DNA from: Geosiphon pyriformis uo1
Lineage: Eukaryota > Fungi > Glomeromycota
Assembly: GCA_016748015.1 (NCBI GenBank)
Contig: JAAOMT010000699.1
Location: forward strand, 62,001-126,000
Direction of reading: 5' to 3'
Length of the DNA: 64,000 bases
The notes beneath the pieces were generated by a model that was given only the letters and a program-made list of their open reading frames with translations, was not told the DNA's origin and did not search any database. A program made the translations under genes and the position numbers. Shown piece by piece: positions 42,101-55,562 of the stretch (its first letter is position 1; each line of letters opens with the position of its first letter).

Positions 42101-45100
42101 CAATTAGTGTACTTAATGGTAGATTGATTACAATTACTGAAAGTAAGTTTTAAAGAACAATAGAAGTGGTATTTGAATTGTTTTGATTTTGTGGAGTTAG
42201 AACAATCAGAGTTTGTATCTCTGGGTTTTCCAGGATTGGGTTTTAATAATTAAATTTCTGATTTCTATCTTTTTCTTCTTCCAATTTCATTATTTCTTAA
42301 GGACTAGTGGTTCTGAAATTTGGTTGGGATGGCAGTAATTGAAATTTTGATGGTGTTAGTGATCATGATTTAAATCTCTCAAAGTAATTGCCATAGGTTT
42401 CTAATAACTTTGCTTTTTTTTGTTTACTTTAAAATGGAAGTTTGTTTAATAGGATTGTTGTATTTGCTGTGAACACATTTAATGTTATATTGATAGTACT
42501 TTTGTGTGTGTGATAGTATGATAGATTAGTTAACATTTTGTTGAAGCTATTGTATTAATTAATAAGTGATAATATTTTTAACTGATTTATTATTTAAAAT
42601 TATTTAAATTTTTTTTTTATTTTTACTTTTATATATATTGTAATTATTGTTTTTTGTTCTATTATTGTTATATTACTAAGTAAAAATAGTAATTTTTTGG
42701 TTTTAAATTCAAAAGAGAAAATATCTGAAAAATTGGTATTTTTGGCAATTTTTACTGAAAAAATTATGTGATTATTGTTAAAAAAGTTTTGTCTAAATAT
42801 TGTAGTTTTACTTTTAAAAAGTGCTGTTTGTTAAAAATTTTGTTTTTTAGGTATTATTAAATAACTGAATTAAATATAATAGTAAGTAAATTTCTGTTGT
42901 AGAATGTTTTAAAAAATTAATTAACTGTTAATTCTGTTGTTGTTTATTAAAAAGCAGTTTTGTAATGTGAACTAGTTTTGTTAAACCAATTTTCTTGTAA
43001 GTACTTAGTGTTATTAAGTCAATAATAGTTGTTAATATTATTAAATTTGTAGAACTTGTTGGTATTGTTGCTGTATTAGTTATAAAACAGATTGATAATA
43101 ACTGTTTTAATATTTTGGTCTAAGTAAATAATAAGTTAATAATAAAGATTAATAATATAATTATTGAAACTGGGAATAATATTGATTATTTTTTTATTGT
43201 TGGTCTTATTATAACTTTCTGTAATCTTGTTTTTAATGTTCTGAAATCTTACAATAATAATAATTCTAAGATTGATTGTTAGATAATAATAAAAAATTGT
43301 CTTGGTTTTATTATTAAAGTAATTAATACTTTTGTTGTTATTGCTGTTAATTAACAAAATAGTTTTTGACTTTTTTGGTCAGTTGATTAATTTGTTTTTC
43401 AGCCATTAAACTGGTTTTTTTAATTGCCAAGTTAACAAGTTTTATGTAGTTAGCTTTTTTTATGACTATTTTATAGGCTTTTTTATGCTAAATAGCAATA
43501 ATTAAGTTTTTTAGAACATGTAAGCAAACTTTTTTGATGAATTTATTCTTTAATTCTACTATAAATTAATTCAAAATTTGAGCATTAAAGTAGTAGTTAT
43601 TAGTTTTTAATTGGCAAATTTATCTAAAAAGTTTGTTAAATTTTTTAAAGTTGGTTATTATATATTTAAATAGTTCTTATTTAATGTTTTAGAACCAATT
43701 GCAGAGTATAATTGAGATGTTGTTAGTAAACTACTCAAAAAAAGCATTTTTAAATACTTGCCAGTTTTTAAAAAGATTATCCAAATTTTTAAATTGTTTT
43801 TTAATTGTTTTTTAATTGTTTTTTAAAGAAAATAAAGAATAACTTTAAGTATTTTTGCTGTATTTCATCTATTTGTATTTTTTGTTTTTAAGACTTTGTT
43901 AAGCTATTTTTAAAAACTAGTGTTATTATTTTTTTTTGTAAATTTAGTAATTTTTGTAATGTAAATAATTATTATTTTTTTTGTATCTTTGTTTTCAACA
44001 GTTTTTTTTTAGTAAATTCAAAAACATTTTTATCATTATTTATATTATTAGAGTAATTACTTTGGTTTTCTGCTAATTAATCAAAAAAATTTGTTTTAAT
44101 AAAAATTTATTTAAATTATTGTGTTGAGTTTTTTAGTGAAGTGAAGTTTTTTGGTCTTGAAAAATAGTTAAATAATGAATTTGGTGTTTGAGTTTAAGCA
44201 AATAAAGCTGAGAAAAGTGTAATTAAAAGTAATAGTTTAGAATTAACTTCTTGTTCAAGTAACTACAAATGTTAAAAAGTTGTTTTTAGTATGTTAGGCA
44301 TTATATAAACTAGTTAAGTGTTTTTTTTTGTCTTTTTTGTTTGTTTTAAGTTTAATCTCAAGTTTAAAAACAAATTATAAATTAACAGAATATTTTTTTA
44401 CAAAATTTGATAATATTGTAATTAAGTTTTTCAAAATAAGTAATACAATTATTAACACTAATATTTTTTGGGTTTTTATTTGAGTAATAGATAAGATTTT
44501 CAAGAAAATTTTATTTAATTTTTGTAATATTGTAGTTTTTGAAAAGATAATTATTAATTTGGTTTTTAATGTATTAAAAAAATGTTTTTTTTAAAGCTGT
44601 AATTTTAACTTGGATTTTAAATCATTTTTTTCAGTAAATATAAATTGGCTAATAATACTTTAGAGTTGTTATATTTAGTATAATTGGTATTTTAAAGTTG
44701 TTGCTGTGTTAATTTGTAAAAAAGCACCAAATATTATCAGAAGTTTTTGGTTTTTTTTCTTGAATATTATTAATGTTGTTTTACAAATAATTCTTAATTT
44801 TTAAAAGCTGTTAAATTTTTAATAACTGAATTTATTTTCAAATTACTTTTTATAATTTAAATCACTAAATATATAAATAGAATGACCAATTCTATATTAA
44901 TTACTTATATAGTTATTTTATAGTAAAAATTAACTTTTTTTTAAGAAATGCTTATCTGAAAATTCACTAAAAATGTGTAGTTATTTTGTTATAAAAGTCA
45001 ACTTTTCTATAGAAATTTTATCTATAGACTACTTTAATATATATAATAAAAATAAAAAAAAAGTAAAAAAAAATTTTGTTAAGAAAATTGTTTTTTGTTT

Positions 45101-48100
45101 AGACTTAAAGTTACTAATAGATTACTGAAATTAATAGCTAATCAATTTTAAAACATTAATAAGAATTCAAAAAATTTCAAGTAAAATAATTATAATTTTT
45201 GTTGTTTTTCAATATAGTTTTTATTGAAGTAATTTGTATAAATACTAAAAAAAAAAATTTCTAATAAAGATAATTTTAACTAAAATATATTTTCTTAAAG
45301 AGAAAAGCTTTTTTTTATATAATTTGTTATAATACTAGTCTATAAGCTTGTATTTTTTTTTTGCTATTATTTTGGCAAATTAAAAATACATTTTAATAAA
45401 CTACAAATTATTCTCACAAATTATAAATTATTTTAGTAAACTATTAAGATATTTTGTAAATTTCTACAAATTTTGGCAAATTCTTAAATATTATTGAGTT
45501 TAGAGTATTACATAATCTAATTATCATATTTGTATATTATACAAATTAAATTATTAATTGAATAGAAATATTTAATAATTTGATTAAATAATAGTAATCA
45601 TTAAAAATAATAATAATATATGCTAATTAATGATAAAAATTATAAAAATAATTTTATGTTTAATTAATGATTAAAATTCTATTAATAACAGTATATAAAA
45701 ATTTTTACAATTAATAAAAATTATATTTTTTAAAGTATTTAAAATATATTTATAAAAAAATAAGTTTGAATTATTTGGTTAATAATAGTAATTTGGTTTT
45801 AAATCTAATTAAAATTGAACAAAAAAGTATAAAATTTTTTTAATTGTTTTTTTATTTGAATTTTTTAAAATTTTAAAAATATTATAATTAGTTTATTTTG
45901 TATTAATTATTAAATTTGTTAAATTTTTATTTGTTAGAAAAAAGTTTTTAATTCTTAAAAAATATAAATTTCTATTATTTTTAGCTTTATAATTAGAAAG
46001 CTATTTTAATTAACAATTTTATTAGATATATTTTTGTGGTTTGTAAAAATATTAAAATTTTACATAATAACAATTTTTCTGTTTTAAAAAATTAAATATA
46101 TAAAAATTTTATCAAGTTTTTTGGTTATATTTATAATAGCAAAAAATAAAGTTATAATAAACTTTGATTTAATAAATAAATATGTAATTTAAATAACTTG
46201 AATTAAAGTAAATATATTTTTTTATAAGAATATTTTATGACTTTTTGTTTTATAAAATTAAAAAAATAAAAATTTCTGAATTTAAAATTAGTTATTTATA
46301 TTAGTAAAATAAAAATAAGACAAATATAATATTTTATTTATTTGTTAAAGTTTTTATTAATAATACAATTTAAATTAACAATAATTATATAACTATATAA
46401 GATATTTAAACATTATAAATCAAATTTAGTTGGTTAATAATATTTTTATAAACAATAAAAAAACAGTTGTAATTTTTATTAATTATAAAATTTGTAATAT
46501 TTTTTTAAATATTAATAAATTATTTATTTTAATAAAAAAACTTTTTAATATCTTAATATATTTGTTTTAATTAAAAATTTAAGAAAACTCAATTTAAAAA
46601 ATTATGCTAATATTAAATTTTTGCAACAAAGTTTCAAAAAAATTGTTTTTAATTATTTTGTGATCTATTTATATACAAATAAATTTTATTTTAAAATATA
46701 TATAAAAAAAAGATTTAATTATTAAAAAAAATTTAAAATTAATATTATTCTTATTTAAAAAATTTTTAATTAAGACTATTTAAAAATTTTTAACCAAATT
46801 TAAACAAAAAAAATTTGAATTATAAATTATTAAATTTTTGGATTTTTAAATGAAAATATTAGTTTTTAAGTATAGTTTTATAACCAATTTTTTGATTAAA
46901 ATTGTTAAAATTTTACATATTTGGGTTTTTTTCTGATTAATTTTAATATATATTTTTTTATTTTTATAATGTTTTAGTATTAAATATTTTAAAAAAGTTG
47001 TTTTATTCTAAAATAATTCTGTTATTTAAAAAGTTTAAATGTAGTTTTATTAACTATTTAAAAAATAAACATGATAAAATTTTTATTTAAATTATGTTTT
47101 AACAATAAATTTAAAAGTTTAGTTTAATATAATTGTTATATATTTTATAAAAATAAATATTTTTGAATTATTTTATACTGTTTTTAAATCTATAAATTTA
47201 AATTTTAAAATTATTTATAAGTTTTTGAATTTTTACTTGATTTTATTAAATTTGAGTTTGTTAAATAAAACTATACTAAATTTTTATTTAATTAAAAAAA
47301 GCTTTTTATAAATTAAATTTAAATTTAAAAATATTTTAAGCTCTTTGATAATATAATAACAGATATTTTGACAAATAAAACCACAAATTATAAATTTTGT
47401 GATTTTTTAAGATTAAAAAAAACTTATATTAAAGTTTATTATACAATTTTGTTTAATTTAATAAATTAGATTAAATAAAAATCTGAATATATAATTTAGT
47501 TTATTAATATATATAAATTAAATTAAAACAGTTTTAATATAACAACTTAATAATTATTTCAAATTCGGTTTAATTAATCAAATAATAGCTAATTTGTATA
47601 TTTATTTCATAAAAAATTTTTATAAAAAGATTGCTATATATTTTTAATTATGTATTTTTTTGGTTTGTAAATAAGATTATTAAAGAACTTTTTATGAATA
47701 TTTGAATATTGTTTTTAATATTATGTTTGTTAACTTACTATATTATATATACTATATAATATATAAAAGCTTTAATATTTAAAAATTGGGTTTTAAATTT
47801 ATTTAAAAATTTAATAATATTATTAAAACTTTGTTATTGTTTACAAAAAGCAGATTTAATTATTAAATTTTAAGTTAAAAATCATGTATAAAAAAATTTT
47901 ATTAACTTATAACAATTTTGTTATTTGTAATATTAAAAATTTTATTTTAATATATAATAATATAACTTTAAATAATATTTGTTTATATATAGTATTAATA
48001 TTTGTTTTAATTATAAAACAAATATTGTAATGTTTTTTAGTTTATATTTTAATGCTATTAAGTTTGTTAATTTGTTATATATTATTGATAAAAATAATAT

Positions 48101-48818
48101 TGTTTAATATAGTTTTAATTAATTTAAATAACTGGTTATGTTTATTTTAAAGTAGTTTTGTTATATTGTAGTAAATAGTAGTTGGGTCAAATTTGTTAAT
48201 GCAAAAAAATAAAAAAAATAAAGTATTATAAAAAAGTTTAATTGTTAATTTTTAACTTAGTTTTATTAATTTTGTAAAACAAATAATATTGTGTTTTTGA
48301 TTTAAAATCTGTTTATGTAAATTAATATAATTCTAATTGGTAATCACATTTATGTTTGAATATGTATATGTTGTAATCTGTAAATAGTGTTAAATTTTCA
48401 TCTTATTTATTAAGTGAAGATTGTTTTGCTATTCAATAGATTATTGAAATTTAGATAAGACAAACCCGGAATGAAACATCTTGAATTTGACTAACCTCAG
48501 CACGTGTCAATAACAAAAGTTTATTATTAATAAATTATTAATTTTGATTGATGCTCTCACTTAATATAATTCTGGCGAGTCAATCATTGAATGGTATTAG
48601 TGAATAAATTTAAAATCTTTTGAATAAATCCCCAAGGATTTCAGGCATTGAAATGTAGGTTCCTCAAGATCTACTTGAGCAGGAAAGACTCCTAAAAATA
48701 CAGGAATTCCTACACTAATTTGAATTCGTTCATATAAATTCAGCTTTGAAATGCCATGTGGGTTATAGAATTTGGTCGAATAAAGCAATTATTGGTCTAT
48801 ACCTTCAACTAGTTACTT

Positions 48819-51800
48819 TTATCGCTTGAAATAAATTGAAAAAGATAAATCTGGCCCAATAGTCCAATTACCACCATTATTATCAATTGCTTCTATATGC
48901 ATATTCAAATAACCATCACAAGCATCGTCTAACCAGTTCACTAGCACCATACATTTGAAAGACCCATTTTCCACTGGAGTTATTGTTTCAACAGGAGAGC
49001 AGATTTCCAAGGCCTGCAATTAAAAAGTAACATTCAATTCAATTCAATTCAAGCATACTAGAGAAATAATATATGATTAATATGTATTCCTTGCCTTTGG
49101 TGGAGCACTTTGAGCTTCGTGGGCTCTCTGGGTAAACTCCATACGGGTTTTGAGTGTCCTTTCTAGGGTGTTATTTCGGTCAACATTATCATAGTTTTCC
49201 GTGGAACCAAAAATATAGATTTTGATGTAACAGATAGAACGTTGACCTGATTAAGGTTAACTTCATCAGTACACCTTCTTATTCCTTTGGGTACATCTTT
49301 TTTGTTTGACTCAAAAAAATCCGAAAGAAATGCTTACCTGTTTTCGGGGCGGCGGCAACAGTTCCTTCAATATGAAAAGTCAATTTGATTCTCCTATCAA
49401 AATATTCTGGGCGCCTATTTCGTTCAGCCTGACGCAGCACTTCAGGTGATGGTTTGGTATTCGACTATTAAATAAAAAATTACCAAGTATATGCATTAAT
49501 AAAAGTATTAAATGGTGATTTCGGTCGAGCCTGTTCTTACCCATATCCATTTAGCTGTCCGAACAACAAAGAAAAGTGGTGGTAAAGGGAGAGGAGTGTT
49601 TAATATTTCCAGGACAAAATCCCGCAGAGTCTTCAAATTATCCTTTTGAATAGAGGTCAGGATTTTTTTTGAAAGCCAAAAATCGTCCCAAGAATATTGT
49701 TATGCTTACTAAAGAAATCGGTTCTTGTCTGCGGGAAGAAATTCCTTGGCTCAACGTAAACTTTAAACGCAGTTTGTCAATTTTGGAAAGAAATTGAAGA
49801 GAAAAAGCTCGTAAAAAAAAATGCAGGTTTCTATCTCGAGTGGGCTTGGAAGAATCAATCGAGTCTAAATATTCTTGATGCGCTCGCCATAAGGGATTCC
49901 AATCAGAGCTAAAAAAAAAAGGCAAAAAACAAATTCAGAATTAATCCAATCCAATCTAATGTAATTATATCATTTATCTTACGTATTTTGAGTATTCATG
50001 AGAAGACTTTGAATTGAATAAGCCAATACCAGACAACAAATTTGACATGTAGAATTGTTAAGATAATAAGTGAGATAAAAATATTGAAAGCCGAATGGTA
50101 CGAACAAAATCATATTTAGCAAGGATATGAATTGAGAATTTCCAAGCTTTCCGAGTCAATATCGAGGAAGGAGTGCGCTACAAAGTCAAATCGCCGAGAT
50201 AAGAGGAAGAAAGTGTTGTGAAGATTTCGAACCTGCAAATATTTAAGATCCAGAAAATAAATAAAAGAGCAAGAGGGTTCTGAGAAAATAAATTTAAATT
50301 TAGTTCAATACATAACAGCATAACGGTCCACCATTTTATTGCCTCTCAAAGCAGTAATCAAAATCCCTAGCAGATTATGTGTGTGATTCAAAAAGTCGAT
50401 CCTTAGATCACAAAACCATTCTTGGAATATCATTCTAATATCTCCCTAGAGATACATTATAGGTTGGAAAAATTAATGTCCAGATAGAGATCCTAACTTG
50501 GATATAATCAAGTATGTCAAAATTACAGTTGACCTCTACTACTTACCAAAAGCCTAGTTTCGGTAGCTCTATATAACTTTGTAATTCCATAAAAGCTTAT
50601 TAGATATTCATTTAATCTGGATTCCGACTCCATTCCCCAATTAGCCATTTGAAGAAGTGAATTTTCAGCTTGGGCGATTGTTTTTAAAGTTTTGAGCATA
50701 CGGCAAGACCCATCAGATTCTACCTATTTATAAGCAATGAATTCGATCAATTAATTTTACTAGCACCAAAAGATGGACGAAATATGGGTTGCTAACGGGC
50801 GAAAATTTGAACAGAAAAAATACCTGTTGAACGAGTGAGTTTATTATATCACTCATGACATCAAAGCACCCTGTTATCCCAGCTGCTTTCGCAATTAAGA
50901 AAAGATACCATTGATTTTGTGTATATTGTCCGTTGTCCCAGCCACCAAACCTACGAACAGTCAGCATTAACCTATTGACTAAAGCAGATCTTTCTGCAAA
51001 GGGCATTGGACAACCAAAAAGTGCTTGAAAGAAAATTTTTACTAAGCATGCCTGGATATTATAAGAACATTTTAGTACAAAATATTCAACAAAAATCATA
51101 TGATAAAATGTCTCACGCTTACAAATAATTGCGGTCGTTGCAAAAGAACATCGAATTCTAATGTCATAATGGTGGCTTGAGTCTGTGTTTTGGCCATGGC
51201 AGCATGTTGGGCTGCGATTCTGAAAAGAAACTTCTTTATAACGGCGACTAGATGATCTGCAAAAGATTCAATTCTGTTATTTATATAAAGTTTAATTGAC
51301 TTTTGAGTGATATTGTCTCTTACCATCGACACGTATGAGCAATCCGAGAACTTGACGAAAGAGTTCTTCAATTAAGTTTAACTGTGTCGAACAAATTGAG
51401 AGAAGATTTTCAAGATATTCTGTTATCTGAAATTGATGAATAAAGATTGTCATTGTAATATTTTATTCCGTGGAACAAACCTGGCTCCAGCAGTATATAC
51501 AATCAGAAAAATCAAAGAATTTGAAACCTGTTTTAGTGTGCGCTCACGTCCCCTTTCGTCTTTTACTAAATTCATTAAGTCAGAAAAGCTCCCCCATATC
51601 GAATTCGCGGTTCCCAATGGTAAGCTTTCAAAAAAGTTTTCTAAGCACAAGAGATTGTTAGATTAGTATAAGAAAAATTTATAATTGTCACTATGTCTTG
51701 CGGTAAGCTTAATTCTTGAGAGGACAAAGAAAAATTTTTACTTAGTTCTGGTAAAATATTCAAGTTGCCTTGCGCATTAATTTTTGAAATCTCCTTTATT

Positions 51801-53432
51801 ATGATTGCAAATAATCCTGCGACTGCAAGGCTTAATTCGGTATTGGGACTTTTAATTAACGTATCACAGTTAGTCAAGGCATCGTAAAATTTTTTGCCCT
51901 CACTTTCACGACCCATCGATACCAGTTTGCGAAAGGAAAACGTTCTTTTGAATTCAATTGTAATCAGCCGTATAATTTTGGTCGCGATGGCTTGGGTCGT
52001 ACTATTAATTAATGCAAAGAGGTCCTACAATATTTTTAATTAACAATATTTTTAAAAGGAGTTGAAAATATTTGTTTACCAAAATTCGGGTTTCACCAAG
52101 AGAATAAGGGTTTCTCATTTGATAAGGAAGGTATTCAGGATCGATTTGTACATTATCTCGGACCATAAAAGTAAGGTCGGTTAAAGCCCAAGATTTCACC
52201 TTTTCACGAGAATCATCAACGATATGTTGGAATAATAAATCTATCTTTCAAAACCAAAAATATTATTTCAAATAGAAATAAAAAAAAGGAGTTTTGCAAA
52301 GTCACATATATAAAATTTACCTGGCTAGCTCTCAAAATTCGTGCGCGACAAGATAACAAAGTTAATGTTCGCAATATTCTCAAGACAAAAACTTCCTCAT
52401 TTGCGTGTTTCGCTATAAGTTCACGACAGATCGTACTGGTCTGACAAAGAGCGATTAGGTTATCATTCTAATTTATACATTCAAGAATATTTCGCATAAT
52501 ATTACCTCTTTGGTAAGTTCGAGATCCCGATGCATATGTCTGAAAATTGATATGAGCTTAAGTTTTACAGTGGAGGAAACAAAATCTAATTATTGATTTG
52601 TCTGAAATTAAATATCAATCATATTATACAAAAATGGGTATCAATTATGTATACAAATATCATACTTCGCATGACCATTTCTTGAGCTTTTCGAAATAAA
52701 AGTACTGGAAAGTTGGTTGGTGTATCGGAGGTCGAACACTGTGAGCATATTTTGTCTGCTGCATGAATTGCTGCTTTTGCTTCACTCTCCTCTGGTGAAT
52801 AAAACCGATCTAGTATCCTAAAATTAGAAAATTGATCAGGAAAATTTTGAATTCGATCAATTGCATTAGAATACAACTCGATATAAATATTACCAATGTT
52901 GCACGTTCAAGCGGGTATCAGATGCGATTAACATATACATATATCCAAGGGCCCTGTTGAAGGAAGATGGTTTGAAATACTATGCATCCGAGAATTTTGA
53001 ATAATTGATAATAGCAAACCTTAAACTAAGGGTGCGTGCATATGGATCATTACTTTGATTTCCCAATATAGCGGCAACATCATTTATGACCTGATCGAAT
53101 TCGATATTTTCTTTAAAGTGCTTCTCGCAAAGTTCAAAAACTTTGACCATTTGCACGCGTGTTTTATTGTCCCTATTTGCAAAGCGCGTTCTAACATCAA
53201 ATTTTAGCTTGATTTAAAAGTAGAGTTGCTTTTGTACTTACGTTTTTCTGGAATTTCCAAAATGGCTTGCTAGCTTAGTAAATACGTTTTGACGAAATTC
53301 CTGGAACGGATATTCTTCAAAAAGTTTTGGAACATTAGCGATGCCTCCCAATTTCTTTGAAGTTTCCGTGGCATTTAAGACACTGTTCTCAAGCGAAAAT
53401 AGCGCATTGTATTGCTTCTGTTGTGATGACAT
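48819..53432 (-). CDS. INTS7: Integrator complex subunit 7 homolog (multi-exon)
   Basis: PKLFEEYPF, SNDPYARTLSLR, KLKLISIFRHMH, FLDIDSESL..CCLVLAYSI, HIEG and WTIGP match the INTS7 motif order as recalled. Confidence 0.82.
50049..50128 (-). other. U12-type (minor spliceosome) AT-AC intron
   Basis: 5'SS ATATCCTTG, branch TATCTTAAC and 3' end CTAC, 80 nt. Removal joins ...EILNS|CQICCLVL in frame. Confidence 0.9.
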
Positions 53433-53928
53433 ATTTTTTTGCAGTTTAATCTAGTGTCCGTGTTGAATCCCTTTAGATAATTCGCAGACTTCCTATAACT
53501 TTTAAACTCTTCAGTATTCACCGTTATGGAGTGAAAGTGAATACTTAAGCTGATAAAATATTGATTACGTGAAAATTGTGTCAATTTAAAAGAATCTTTT
53601 TCAACGCTTATTTCAGGCTACAGAATAATACATGAATTATTTTCATTTTTGATGCCACTGTTGATTATCTATTGATCCAATCTCTTTGAGCATAGCATAT
53701 TATATTATGCCTGCATCCAATTATTTTTCTAGTATCCAAAAATGCTTAGTTCCCCCGAGCATACCAAGATTTTTGGATGATCCATAATTTCAGAGCTTGC
53801 AATTATTTTTCTAAAATAGTGGATAGATAAATAGCTGAAAACTAGAGCAAATAAGTAATATTCAAGAAAAGAAGACACTTGCGAAGTGAAGTCTGCCAAT
53901 TCGTTTTTTTCTCCAGATCTTCATTCAA

Positions 53929-55334
53929 TTATTGTTGGCCACGACCTTGACCTTGACCTTGTTGAGGTCCTGGTGGTGGCCGCATTTGGGGAGGAGGTCG
54001 GAAACCTTGAGGAGGAGCCTGGCCAGGGACAGGAAATCTGATACGAAATATTTAATGAATGATTACATTAAAAAAATAACGAATAGAAATCTTGTTTCAA
54101 CATTGAACCTACGCTGGCGGACCTCCACGACCAACTGGAGCATATTGCGGCGGAGGAGCACCAGGCTAAGTATAATTGAGAATAGAAAAAGGATTTATTT
54201 CATATTGTAGAATTAGTTTGATATGGCTCAAATCTGTACGTACCATACTCATTGGAGGTCTCATTCCTGGTGGTGGAGCAGCACCCTGGGGTCTATAACC
54301 TGGAGGAAGCCCAACAGCACCTGGCATACCAGGAGGTGGTCCCATTCCTGGTCTATATGCCATTGGTGGAGGGCCAGCTGGCATACCTGGTCTTGGTGGC
54401 ATACCTTGAACCATTCCTGGTGGCATTTGTCCCGGAATAGGCGGACGACCATACGATATTGGTGCTGCTGCTGCTGCTGGTGCTCCTGGTCCTCGTGGCT
54501 GCATCATTCCAGGTGCTGGTCCACCAACTCCACGAACAGGTCCCGTGAGTCCTACAGAGAATATAAATCTCGAATCGATTATTTTTCAAGTTAAAAGTTA
54601 AAAATAAATGTCCGAATTTAGTACCTGCGGGAGCTATACCAGGTGGAACCACTGGCAGACCTCTACCTGCAGGCCGACCTATACCCGGACCTCCCGGAAG
54701 CTAAATTTGGATATTAAACCATACAATAAATTTATTTCAAGTTGAGAAATTAAAAAAAGGAAGTAAGGCATCTTACTTGTGCTAGCTTTGTTTTCGAATC
54801 ATCAGTGCTTGGAGGAGGTGGTCCCTCCACACTTAAACTAACAATAGTCTCCCCACGTAAGATCACCAAACCTAATGTTCGTTTCTCTTCTTGTTCGGGT
54901 TGCCCTTGTGGCACCTTTGCTCCGCTTTTAGGCTTGATCTTCCGAAATTCCTCACAATCTGCTAGGACAAGATTCATGTGTTTGTCGAAAGCAAGCATTT
55001 GCCCTGTTAAAACACGCGAGTCCGCTAATGTAATGCGGAGTCGGTAGTTTATCAGGTTCAACATTTTAGAATTTTTGGATATCGACTATCACACGTAAGG
55101 TGGGGAATGAAGAAGAAACATGTCAGTATAGAATAAGTGTCTGAAAAAAACCTCTGACCGTTGTTTTCAGCAGCTTTTTGGGATTTTGCCCAAATCAATG
55201 GTTTGCCACTGTTTAAGAGTATAAAATTTTAGGCAGTTTTGAAAACCTCTGGGCCGAAAACGTGAGTATACAGCGCAATATTAAAGCTAATGGCCATCCA
55301 TCGCGAGCCCTCGAATTTCTTTAAAGCCTACCAT
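53929..55334 (-). CDS. SMB1: Small nuclear ribonucleoprotein SmB/B'
   Basis: ATG-only first coding exon, Sm fold ([30 protein letters not shown]) and a Pro/Gly/Met-rich tail. Six exons. Confidence 0.96.
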
Positions 55335-55562
55335 TTTGAGATATTTTTTAATTCCTTAAGAAAGTAAAGAAGTAAATTTTAGGAGCGACAAGTTATTCCA
55401 GAAAAATCTGCGACTTGATATAATGGTGTCTTAAATTTTAGAATTGTTTAGATTTTCTACTCAATCCCTTTTCTGTAAAAATAATTTACAAATGACTCAT
55501 CTCACATGAGGTCAAACTAAATAAACTGCAAGGCTTGCCGGCCACAGAATTCTTGTAAAACG

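Larger units (their letters stand above)
31970..42470 (-). mobile_element. Decayed Ty3/gypsy retrotransposon: gag-protease-dUTPase-RT-RNaseH-integrase-3'LTR
   Basis: 3' LTR at 31970-32820 with an adjacent purine-rich tract. Integrase (GHF..CNVCQ, RIGIDLI, DYLTK), RT (KCFFGKTELNFLGHVV) and protease (LILDSRSADS) are recognisable. 5' boundary uncertain. Confidence 0.88.
12180..48430. mobile_element. Gene-free, very AT-rich nest of decayed retrotransposons
   Basis: Abrupt compositional shift, near absence of CpG outside the youngest LINE, and recognisable LINE and gypsy remnants throughout. Confidence 0.9.

Noticed and set aside
24845-42470. Stop-codon reassignment suggested by many in-frame stops
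   Set aside because: The stops arise from TGG/CAA/CGA transitions in dead TEs. Host genes use the standard code.
48597-48788. 63-aa ORF after INTS7
   Set aside because: It starts at TTG, has no recognisable motif or clear splice link, and INTS7 homology ends near WTIGP. Probably 3' UTR.
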